Positions 29,349-37,901 of a stretch of 64,000 bases of DNA are shown in pieces. A model generated the notes under the pieces. That model did no database searches and was not told where the DNA came from. It saw only the letters and a list, made by a program, of their open reading frames with translations. This DNA is from Bdellovibrionota bacterium (GTDB lineage: Bacteria; Bdellovibrionota_C; UBA2361; JAAYZI01): the NCBI GenBank assembly GCA_050950765.1, contig JBMNIF010000001.1:160001-224000 (forward strand). Reading direction: 5' to 3'. Position 1 is the stretch's first letter; each line of letters opens with the position of its first letter. A program made the translations under genes and the position numbers.

Positions 29349-30311
29349 TTAACACACCTGAGCTTGTTGTTCAATGTTGTAGTTAGTAAGAGAGGGGTAC
29401 CCCTCTCTTACTAACTTGCGATGTGCTCTAGCAGCTTCCAATTTGCTGTCTCGAGCTCTAAATATCTCCTCTTGCTTGTTATTCAATCTATCATTTGGTG
29501 TTATATAACCTAGCGCACAATGTAACCGCTGATTGTTATATTCTTCGACAAACTTACTCACTATAGTTTTCGCATCATCAAGTGATACTGGAGTGTTAGG
29601 TCGTATCGCTTCTACTTTTAATGTCCCATTAAATCTCTCCATCTTACCGTTCGATTGTGGATAGAACGGTGATGTCTTGACGTGAGTCATACCAGATATC
29701 TTTATAAAATTCTTAAACTCTTTTGAAATATAGGCTGAACCGTTATCTGAAATAATTCGCGGTCTTGCGTCTGGAAAACTTTCTCTAGCCTTTTGTAATA
29801 CTACTTCAATATCTATTTCTTTCATCGATTCTCTAATGTCCCATGCAACTAAATACCGACTACATCCATCCAAAACTCCAATAAAATAGTAAAATGTGCC
29901 ACAAATATTGATATATGAAACATCCGTATGCCAATGTTCATGCGGGTTAAGTGGTTGTTCAAATCCTGTCCCTTTCTTGCTTTTTAAACCATTCCAGCAA
30001 CGCATTAAGCCAGCACTTTTCAATACTCTATAGGTCGTCGCAGGGGATACTGCCACAACATCTGCGTCAAGCATCATGTATGTTAATGCTCGATAACCTA
30101 CTCTTGAGTGCTCTAAATAATACTTAATAATAGCCTCCCTTTCACTGGGTAATAGCCAGTAATCTCTCGGAATTAGCCCGTTATGAAAGTTCTCTTTACC
30201 GTAATGTTTTTCCCAAGCATAGTACTTGCTCCGTGTTATCCCTAACCTCTTTATAAACATCTCCCGCTTCATTTCTGATTTCTCTTGCCATTCATGTACA
30301 AAATCTATCAC
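29349..30311 (-). CDS. IS3 transposase OrfB
   Basis: Protein identical to 15233-16195. Confidence 0.95.
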   Translation of the reverse strand: MIDFVHEWQEKSEMKREMFIKRLGITRSKYYAWEKHYGKENFHNGLIPRDYWLLPSEREAIIKYYLEHSRVGYRALTYMMLDADVVAVSPATTYRVLKSAGLMRCWNGLKSKKGTGFEQPLNPHEHWHTDVSYINICGTFYYFIGVLDGCSRYLVAWDIRESMKEIDIEVVLQKARESFPDARPRIISDNGSAYISKEFKNFIKISGMTHVKTSPFYPQSNGKMERFNGTLKVEAIRPNTPVSLDDAKTIVSKFVEEYNNQRLHCALGYITPNDRLNNKQEEIFRARDSKLEAARAHRKLVREGYPSLTNYNIEQQAQVC

Positions 30312-30346
30312 CTCATCTCGTATTTGTGGCTCAACCCAACGCTTCG

Positions 30347-30652
30347 TTAAAGCTCCCCAAGCTTTTTTTTTAAATCTATATGAAGCCCCAAAAGCTCCGC
30401 TAGCGCAGAATCCTTCTTCGTTAGCTTCTTCTCCAAAATATCTATCCGTTCAGCTTGCTTCTTTTCTTCTTTCCTACCATTTTTATTCCGCTCAAAAATT
30501 TGGATAGCTCCCTCAAATAATAGCTTCTGCCATTCATAAAATGTACTAATGTGTACGCCGTATTTATCGCATAAACTCGATAACGGCTTATTTCCTAATA
30601 AATGCTCCTTCAGTATCTTAACCTTATCTTCTGCACTAAAATGTTTTCCCAT
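30347..30652 (-). CDS. IS3 transposase OrfA
   Basis: Protein identical to 14892-15197. Confidence 0.92.
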   Translation of the reverse strand: MGKHFSAEDKVKILKEHLLGNKPLSSLCDKYGVHISTFYEWQKLLFEGAIQIFERNKNGRKEEKKQAERIDILEKKLTKKDSALAELLGLHIDLKKKLGEL

Positions 30653-31870
30653 TATTCACCCCATTAGTTAATATCACTCAGGCTATTATAGTAGCTTTTT
30701 TCAGCACCTCAAATGTCCATTTCACGCTGAACCAGCACAATAGTATCGTTGTAATTTTTCTGAGATTTAGGAACAGCTACGAGAAATTCTATTTGCTCTT
30801 TTTTTATATATTCTAAATTTTCTTTTGTAATAAAACCTCTATCCAGAACATAAAATATATCATCAATACCTAAGTTTTTAGAGTATTCCATCATTGTTGT
30901 AAGAAAAACTTTATCAACAACACTTCCACTGTAAAGAAAAAAACTTATTGGTAAATTGCTATCGGTAGCGTATAAAAGCCCGACATTTAGTTGTGGTAAA
31001 TATTCTTTGTCTCTATTGTATCCATTCTCGGCAAGTGGCAAGTCTGCATAAGTAGAAAGGCTCGTAACATCATAAGCTACAGTCTCATTGTTTTTCATAG
31101 CATGGTTTTTCCACACAGAAAAAAACTTCATTTGATCTTGTTTGGTAATCGATGAAAAAAGCTCACTTGTCTTTTGCGAGGATAGAGATATGTTTTTAGG
31201 GGTAAGAGTATTTTGCAAAAAATTATCTATATTCATCATTACATTGCCTTCGCAAGCCATGTATAACGCAGTATAAAAGATATCTTCGTATTTATCGGGA
31301 AAGATTGTTTTTAAGCATTTTAATAACCCTATAGCCTTAGCTCTCATTTTTAATGCGACTACGTGACCTGCGTCCCAAACAAAGCGAGAAGAAGCTAGAT
31401 CAATAACGTCAGATGGCATTGGATAATATTTTTTAAAGTTCTCATTAGGAATCATTCTTCCTTGTCTATCAGGGTCTATCTTTCCCACAATCACTTCATC
31501 ACAAGTAGGTGTGCCGTTCTTATTACGACGATGACCAAGTACGTGATACACATACTTTACGTTTCCTTTGCTATCTTTTTTATACGAAATCTTTTTTTCT
31601 GGAATTGGAATTGAAATATTTATTAAAGCCATTTTGTCTCCTATTTTTTACTGTCCCGTAGACTACGGAAACATGTCTACAGAACAAAAAATGTCAATGG
31701 TTTTTTAAAACTTTCATAAAAACTTAATTAAATAAATATGTTGGAGGAAATATAATATTAGAAAATCTAAATATGAAATTAAATTATTGATATGGACTAC
31801 ATAAAAAACGGGAATTTAGGTCGTTATTGTGGACGAAAAATTTTTTAGGTGCTTCAAGTGCGAAGTCGGG

Positions 31871-31891
31871 AAAAGTAGGTGCCACCCATCA
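31871..31891. repeat. Isolated core; right copy of the 21-bp direct repeat
   Basis: AAAAGTAGGTGCCACCCATCA. Confidence 0.9.
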
Positions 31892-31914
31892 CCTAGAAGC
31901 AAGGTTAAAAATAT

Positions 31915-31955
31915 AAAAAAAGGGCAGCACGTATTTTTTGTTTACGTACCGCCCT
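31915..31955 (-). terminator. Intrinsic terminator after the 32018-32350 gene
   Basis: Minus-strand RNA AGGGCGGUACGUA-loop-UACGUGCUGCCCU forms a 13-bp stem (two G-U pairs) followed by a U tract. Confidence 0.8.
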
Positions 31956-32017
31956 CTACATTCTATCACATAATTATATCTGCAAAGGTAATAAAAGCTC
32001 AATAAAACAGGGGTGTT

Positions 32018-32350
32018 TTAGCAGAAGGTATAATCTTCTTCCTCTTGGAAATCTGAATTAGCTGAAAGAGAACTCAAGATAGAACGTGCATCGTCACGAA
32101 TCAGGGAAGAGAGGCTGTTAATCAGAGAAACATGTCTATTAACTTCGTCCCACTCCTGTCTGTTGATGTGCACGCACAGTTCGCCTGCCAAATTGCGCTG
32201 CTTTTGTAAGATCTCATCATAAGAGTTTAACCGTTCTATTACTGCTAAAGCAGGATTCCCATTCTTTAGCAAAGTTGTTTTTGCACCGTTAATAGCGCTT
32301 TCTAATTCGGTAAGGGATTGAAATAATCTGTCTATAATATTTTTTTGCAT
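32018..32350 (-). CDS. Hypothetical helical/coiled-coil protein
   Basis: 110-aa ORF with amphipathic helices, GGTGGA RBS-like sequence and a downstream terminator. Confidence 0.75.
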   Translation of the reverse strand: MQKNIIDRLFQSLTELESAINGAKTTLLKNGNPALAVIERLNSYDEILQKQRNLAGELCVHINRQEWDEVNRHVSLINSLSSLIRDDARSILSSLSANSDFQEEEDYTFC

Positions 32351-32782
32351 AATCCACCCACAGTTAATTATCTTATAATCTTTTAGCTCAGTACTAATAA
32401 TTTTAAAAACTAAAGTCTAATCTAACAGCAGCGACTGACAATCCCTTGTCGAATCCTCAAAAAATAAAGCGTTGTTTGTTCTGCGAATATCTAAGCAACG
32501 CTAAATATTTAATGAGGAATGCTATCCATTGCGTGCGGTCTCGGAGTCATTTCAAAAAGCAAAAACTAGACCAAAACGTAACAGCTTGAATTCTTATCTC
32601 TAAGAGTATAAAGGTTGGAGCTTTTTAGACAATGGATATTTAAAATTTATTTTAGTATCCTGTAAAAACGGGGACTTGGCGGGGTGTCGTATCGATATAC
32701 ATAGTGTCGTTCTTTCAAACACCTGCCGACTTTAGCTATGTTGCTTATATCGGTGATGTTATCGGAAAATAAAAGCAATAAA

Positions 32783-34135
32783 ATGGGTAAAAAAGAGCAG
32801 ATCTTAGATAAATTGATGGCTATTAAAGCAGAAGGCGGGTGCCATCGCTGTGGAACTTGTGTCGGAGTCTGCCCGAGCGCAGCTCTTGGAATCGATTCAG
32901 ATTGTTATCCGCAGATAAAAGACAGGAGCGCTTGTATCGGTTGTGGCAAGTGCTTAAAAGTCTGTCCTAGCTCTGATTTTGATTGTAATGCTTTTACGCA
33001 AAAAAAACACGAATATGATTTTAACCTTACACACGGTTTTTTTGATTCTGCTATACTTGCGCATGCTACAAATAAAGTTATCAGAGAAACAGGATCTAGT
33101 GGTGGATTTGTTACGCAGATACTATTGTCTTTATTAAATAGTGGTGAAATAGATGGCGCTTTAGTTGTGGGTAATCGAGAGAACGAAGAGCAGATCTGGA
33201 GTGGCAAGCCGCAAATCGCTAGAACAGCAGATCAGATTATCGCAGCAGCGCAATCAAAATACACCATTGCATCGACTAATTCTGTTCTTTCTGAGATTAT
33301 TAAAGTTGATGGTAGGTATGCTGCGGTCGGATTACCATGTCAGATTCAAGGGATAAAAAAAGCGATCTCTCTTGATAAGCGTCTAGCAGAAAGGATCGTG
33401 CTGACCATAGGGCTTTTTTGTCATTCTACATTAACTCCCGAAGCTTATAAAAGTGTCTGGGATATTTTAAAAATAGATGAAGCTCATCGTTTCATCCCAA
33501 GACTGGGGAAGCACCCTGGTACGCCGTATCTTGAAATGATTAATGGTGAAAAAAAACCGTTATATTTCCCCGAAAAAAAAGGATTTCGTCCTAATTCCAC
33601 AGAGATGTTAAATGTCTTGTTTAGACTTTATACACAACAGCGCTGTTTCTTATGTCACGATGCCCTCTCAGAGTTTGCTGATATTTCAGTAGGAGATCCC
33701 TATCTGCCGGAACCGCAAGGAGTTTCTTTAAAAGATGGTTGGAGCTTTGCTTTAATTAGATCAGAACTCGGACGTAAAGCTTTAGATCTGTCACTGCAGC
33801 GAGGAGATATCGTTATAAAAGAGCTTAGCCAAGCTGAAGCATTAAAATGTAATGCTGTCATGATACGTGAGAAAAAGGATAGAGCTTATTATCAAATTAG
33901 GAAGAATCGGAGTGTTGGGAAGTTTTCACCAATCTATACGCAATCAGAAACAGATATCCCTTGTCTAAATAGAACTCAGAAAATAAAAGTAAAATTAAAT
34001 CTTTTGTCACATTGGTTTTGTGTGCGTCCTGCTGGAAGAGATCGCGCGCTACGTTTCTTTTTGGGGAATGTTGGCTATCAATTTTTAAAATTGAACCATT
34101 ATAGAAAAACTTTTGTTAAAAAATTTAAACGATAA
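32783..34135 (+). CDS. Coenzyme F420 hydrogenase/dehydrogenase beta-subunit (FrhB/FdhB) family protein with 2x[4Fe-4S] ferredoxin domain
   Basis: Two CxxCxxCxxxCP motifs, SSGGFVT, AQSKY, VGLPCQ, GLFCH, RCFLC..ADISVGD. Start uncertain (32738-32783). Confidence 0.88.
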   Translation: MGKKEQILDKLMAIKAEGGCHRCGTCVGVCPSAALGIDSDCYPQIKDRSACIGCGKCLKVCPSSDFDCNAFTQKKHEYDFNLTHGFFDSAILAHATNKVIRETGSSGGFVTQILLSLLNSGEIDGALVVGNRENEEQIWSGKPQIARTADQIIAAAQSKYTIASTNSVLSEIIKVDGRYAAVGLPCQIQGIKKAISLDKRLAERIVLTIGLFCHSTLTPEAYKSVWDILKIDEAHRFIPRLGKHPGTPYLEMINGEKKPLYFPEKKGFRPNSTEMLNVLFRLYTQQRCFLCHDALSEFADISVGDPYLPEPQGVSLKDGWSFALIRSELGRKALDLSLQRGDIVIKELSQAEALKCNAVMIREKKDRAYYQIRKNRSVGKFSPIYTQSETDIPCLNRTQKIKVKLNLLSHWFCVRPAGRDRALRFFLGNVGYQFLKLNHYRKTFVKKFKR

Positions 34136-34158
34136 AAATCATTTAAGGTCAATGCAAC

Positions 34159-34953
34159 ATGACAACAGTTAATACAGATTTAAAAGAGTGGGCGATAAAA
34201 TTATTTCAGAAATCACCCTTAAAACAGAATAAATATCGGATGATTACAGCTCTTTTGCCGAATTTATCGTCTGCAAAGTGTCTTGATGTCGGCTCTGATA
34301 ATGGTGTGATTAGTATGCTGTTAAGAGAAAGAGGAGGTGAGTGGTGTAGTGCGGATCTACTTCCTGAAACGGTGCAATCAATCCGAAGCTTAGTTGAAAG
34401 TAACGTATATCAGATCGCAGATGGCGAGAAACTTCCTTTCTCCGACGCAAATTTTGATGGGGTTGTTGTGGTTGATATGCTTGAGCATCTGCAAAATGAC
34501 CGCTTCTTTGTTGAAGAGATCTATCGTATTTTAAAGCCTGCGGGGTGGGTAATATTTAATGTCCCGAATCCGAAAGAGGGGCTACTAAGAAAATTTCAAT
34601 ATCTAATTGGTCAAACGGATGCAGCCCATGGACATCTTAGAGTAGGCTATACCAGTGCTCAGTTGCAATGCTTGATCTCTAAAAAGTTTGAAGTAGAGAA
34701 GCAACTTTCTTATTCCGGATTTTTTTCGGTCTTAATTGATACGATACTGACATTTGCTTTAAGTTGCCTGAAAAAGGGAGGACGTGGGGAAAAAGGAACT
34801 ATTGTTACGGGAGACGATCTGGATAAGATGCAAAAAAGTTTCAAGCTCTACACCTTGATTTATCCGGTAGTAGCGTGTTTCGTTAAACTGGATAACGTTT
34901 TTTTAAGATCTCATAGAAATATGCTGATTAGTTTATGTAAAAAATGTGATTAG
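34159..34953 (+). CDS. Class I SAM-dependent methyltransferase
   Basis: CLDVGSDNG, LPFSDANFD, LEHL...EIYRILKPAG. Confidence 0.9.
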   Translation: MTTVNTDLKEWAIKLFQKSPLKQNKYRMITALLPNLSSAKCLDVGSDNGVISMLLRERGGEWCSADLLPETVQSIRSLVESNVYQIADGEKLPFSDANFDGVVVVDMLEHLQNDRFFVEEIYRILKPAGWVIFNVPNPKEGLLRKFQYLIGQTDAAHGHLRVGYTSAQLQCLISKKFEVEKQLSYSGFFSVLIDTILTFALSCLKKGGRGEKGTIVTGDDLDKMQKSFKLYTLIYPVVACFVKLDNVFLRSHRNMLISLCKKCD

Positions 34954-34999
34954 TTTTAATTTAGTAGAGTAATCGCTCGCACCTTTAGGGGCGCTGCCT

Positions 35000-35238
35000 T
35001 TTGCTAATATATTGATATTATTAAGTTGCTGTAAACTTAAAGTTTGAATGCCTTAATTGTAAAGCGTTCAGCGCTGAAGGGCGGCACTTTTTACCTTCGT
35101 AAAAATCTAGCTAATTCGCTTTGCAGTTGCACCCCTTTTAACTGTTCTTAGAGGGTGGTGTTTCTACCTCCGTTAAAATCTAACCAATTCGTTTTTTAGT
35201 TGTAGCCCCTCAATCGTCATTGGTGGGTGGCACCAGAG
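35000..35238. repeat. Repeat array 6 (degenerate module C plus two module A units, GGGTGGCACC orientation)
   Basis: Cores at 35079 (variant), 35153 (variant) and 35225. Confidence 0.85.
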
Positions 35239-36384
35239 TTACAGGTTTTGCAATAGTTTCTTTGCCGTTCTTTCCCAAGTGAATTTTTGCAGAACCAGCT
35301 CTTTAAGCTTTTTTATAGCTGTAATCTTATTTTTATTGTTTATAGCCTTTTTTAATCCAGCATAGATGCTTTCTTGTGTATTGTCATTCAACACAATCCC
35401 GTAAGTATCATCTAAAATTAGATCTTCAACATTACAAGCTTTTGTACAAACTACATAGCTTTCACAGATTGCAGCCTCTAATAAAACACTAGCAAACCCT
35501 TCAGAGTCACTGGGAAGACAAAAAATATCTGTCTGATGTTGTAAAATAATACATTCTTCAAAAGAAAGTGACCCTAATACAATTATATTTTTATTGGCTT
35601 TTGCTTTTATCGTAGGATATAGAACGCCATCTCCGGCGATAAAAAGAAAAATATTTTTATTTTCTTCACTTAATTTCTGGAAAGCTGCTAACAATTGAAG
35701 AATCCCCTTAAATTTAAACAATCTCCCGATAAAACTTATTACTATTGCTTCTTTAGGAAGATGAAATTCGTCTCTAAAATTTCTTTTTCTTTTTGTTAAT
35801 ATATCTTCGATAGCATGACTATCAACGCAGTTTGGTAGTACACCCTGTCCCGTAATAGCAAAATGGTTCAACCATCTTTTCCCACCCGCAGAAACCGCAC
35901 AGAAATTTTTACAGTAGCGTTTAAGTAAAGAGGTAATGCAGTGTTCGTAAAGATTAGTAGCAAGATCCAGTAAGCGATTATTAAATGTTAAATGCGCTGA
36001 TCCGTGTTCTATCACTAGGCATTTAATGTTGTTTTTATAAGCTAAATAAGCCATAAGCAATGATTGTAAATAAAATCTGCAATTAATGACCATTGAATCA
36101 AAGCGAGCATCTTTTATCTGCTTTATCAATAGAAAAGATTTTGCACACGGATAAGGGATCGGGAAACGACCATGTATTAACATCAAACTTTTTAAACGGT
36201 AAAAAGAGATATCTTTATCTTTTTCATCAAGAGAATAGTTATCACAATTCGTTGTGACAACAGTAATGTGATGTCCCATTTTTGTTAATTCAGAAGCTAT
36301 GGATTGAGAATATTTACCAACTCCTCCTGTATATGGAGGATAATGTACAGTTGATATGCAGATCTTTTTCCTATCTTTTTTCAC
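35239..36384 (-). CDS. Glycosyltransferase family 4
   Basis: YPPYTGGVGKY, FIGRLFKFKG, DIFCLPSDSEGFASVLLEA. Confidence 0.92.
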   Translation of the reverse strand: MKKDRKKICISTVHYPPYTGGVGKYSQSIASELTKMGHHITVVTTNCDNYSLDEKDKDISFYRLKSLMLIHGRFPIPYPCAKSFLLIKQIKDARFDSMVINCRFYLQSLLMAYLAYKNNIKCLVIEHGSAHLTFNNRLLDLATNLYEHCITSLLKRYCKNFCAVSAGGKRWLNHFAITGQGVLPNCVDSHAIEDILTKRKRNFRDEFHLPKEAIVISFIGRLFKFKGILQLLAAFQKLSEENKNIFLFIAGDGVLYPTIKAKANKNIIVLGSLSFEECIILQHQTDIFCLPSDSEGFASVLLEAAICESYVVCTKACNVEDLILDDTYGIVLNDNTQESIYAGLKKAINNKNKITAIKKLKELVLQKFTWERTAKKLLQNL

Positions 36385-36561
36385 AAATTACGGCACTATT
36401 AAAATTATGCAGTATGTATAAAATTACTTTTCTTTTTCATCAAAATTACATTTTTTTAGTAAACTTACTAGCTAAAGAATATTTTCATTATGATTATTCG
36501 TGCCAGAGGCTAATTTCGTTAACAATTTCAATATGGCAATTGGCAAGAGCATGGGCATCCT

Positions 36562-36722
36562 TGAAGGGTGGCACTTTTTACCTTCGTAAAAATCTAGCTA
36601 ATTCGCTTTGCAGTTGCACCCCTTTTAACTGTTCTTAGAGGGTGGTGTTTCTACCTTCGTTAAAATCTAGCTAATTCGCTTTGCAGTTGCAGCCCGCTCA
36701 ATTGTCACTGAAGGGTGGCGTT
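36562..36722. repeat. Repeat array 7 (two module A units)
   Basis: 36562-36669 matches 35075-35182 with 2 mismatches in 108 bp. Confidence 0.88.
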
Positions 36723-36725
36723 AAG

Positions 36726-37145
36726 TTACCAGTTATGTTGCCATGAAATAGTGATGGAAAGATTGTGAGTTTTTGAATCTATTGTAACTATATTTATGGC
36801 GTTGCTGGAGTCTACTTTGTCTATTGTAAAAGAAGTTGGATGCGGATCTACTTCGTAGATAGCAAGGCGATAGAAATTTTTTGTACTTTCATCAAGGACG
36901 TTTTTTTCTTGAAGCTTAGCAAATAAACTTTTGTCGAGTAAGGTAGATGAAGGTGTCTCTGTTTTCGCATCACCTTTCATTACTACTGATGCAAGGAGAG
37001 AGTCCGCTTTCTGTTCTGATTTTTTAACGGTCAGTATATTGTCAAAATTAAGTGCATCCGAAGTAGCAAAGGTATCTGTGACAAATAACAGTAAAACCAT
37101 TAATGTAAAAAAAGTCGACGTGAACAGTATGCTTAAACACCTCAT
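36726..37145 (-). CDS. Hypothetical exported protein
   Basis: Signal-peptide-like MRCLSILFTSTFFTLMVLLLFVTDTFA from ATG 37145; C-terminal aromatic residue. Confidence 0.55.
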   Translation of the reverse strand: MRCLSILFTSTFFTLMVLLLFVTDTFATSDALNFDNILTVKKSEQKADSLLASVVMKGDAKTETPSSTLLDKSLFAKLQEKNVLDESTKNFYRLAIYEVDPHPTSFTIDKVDSSNAINIVTIDSKTHNLSITISWQHNW

Positions 37146-37403
37146 AGCTTTCACTCCTACCGACAACACTACAAGCAAAAGAGTAAGATCTACTTCCCTC
37201 AATGAGCGGAACAGCCGCTTTAAAACCTCGTCAATTATTGCTTTGTACTTGATGTTTTGGCGTGTTTTTTAGAGGTAGAAAAGAATGTGCCAAGCGATGA
37301 AATGGTAATTTTGTAATAAAACTAAGATCTTATCTTAGAAAGAGCTAAGATATTTTTTAAGAAAAAGCACCTAACTTCCGAGCTCAAATACTACTAGGCT
37401 AGC

Positions 37404-37889
37404 TAGAGGGTGGCATTTTTAACCCCCGTCAAAATCTAGCTGATTCGTTTTGCAGTCGCAGCCTGTTCAATCGTCCCTGAAGGGTGGCACCAGTGACAGC
37501 CAGCTACAAAGAAGGGTGGCACCAGATCTGCCGAATTTTGGATTTTTGCTAATGTCTTGATATTATTAGATGTTATGATTTTGAAGTTTGGATGTCCTAT
37601 TTACGAAGCGTCTGCAACGCTGAAGGGTGGCACCAAATTTTATCCCGTCTTAGTGAAGGGTGGCACCAGTGACAGCCAGCTACAAAGAAGGGTGGCACCA
37701 GATCTGTCGAATTTTGGATTTTTGCTAATGTCTTGATATTATTAGATGTTATGATTTTGAAGTTTGGATGTCCTATTTGCAAAGCGTCTGCAACGCTGAA
37801 GGGTGGCACCAAATTTTTGACCTTCGTGAAAACTTAACCAATTCGCTTTTCAATATCAGCCCGCTCTGTTGTCCTTAGAAGGTGGCAAA
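37404..37889. repeat. Repeat array 8 (A-B-C-x-B-C-A)
   Basis: Cores at 37408 (variant), 37482, 37514, 37625, 37658, 37690, 37801, 37880 (variant); internal duplication with 176-bp period. Confidence 0.95.
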
Positions 37890-37901
37890 TTTCTCAAAAA
37901 A

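Larger units (their letters stand above)
29300..30739 (-). mobile_element. IS3-family insertion sequence, copy 2 (1440 bp)
   Basis: Same IRs and proteins as copy 1; 4-bp target duplication ATAG; one synonymous difference noticed in orfA (TTG vs CTG). Confidence 0.97.
28572..31632 (-). pseudogene. IS1634-family transposase interrupted by IS3 (reconstructed length 538 aa)
   Basis: YDVTSLSTY...GYNRDKEYLPQLN, LDRGF, YSRRDFIEKAFDNLK; IS removal rejoins NYNDT-MREVSV in frame. Confidence 0.9.
28548..31820 (-). mobile_element. IS1634-family element containing a nested IS3
   Basis: Terminal IRs CCTAAATTCCCGTTTTTT at 28548 and, inverted, ending at 31820; no flanking target duplication seen. Confidence 0.88.

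Noticed and set aside
37272..37292. Possible sigma54 promoter TTGGCACATTCTTTTC on the minus strand
   Set aside because: The -12 position reads TC rather than the required GC.
37545..37572. Module C AT-rich element as a Xer dif site or integron attC
   Set aside because: It does not match the XerC/XerD arm consensus or the RYYYAAC/GTTRRRY boundaries, and no integron integrase is present in the window.
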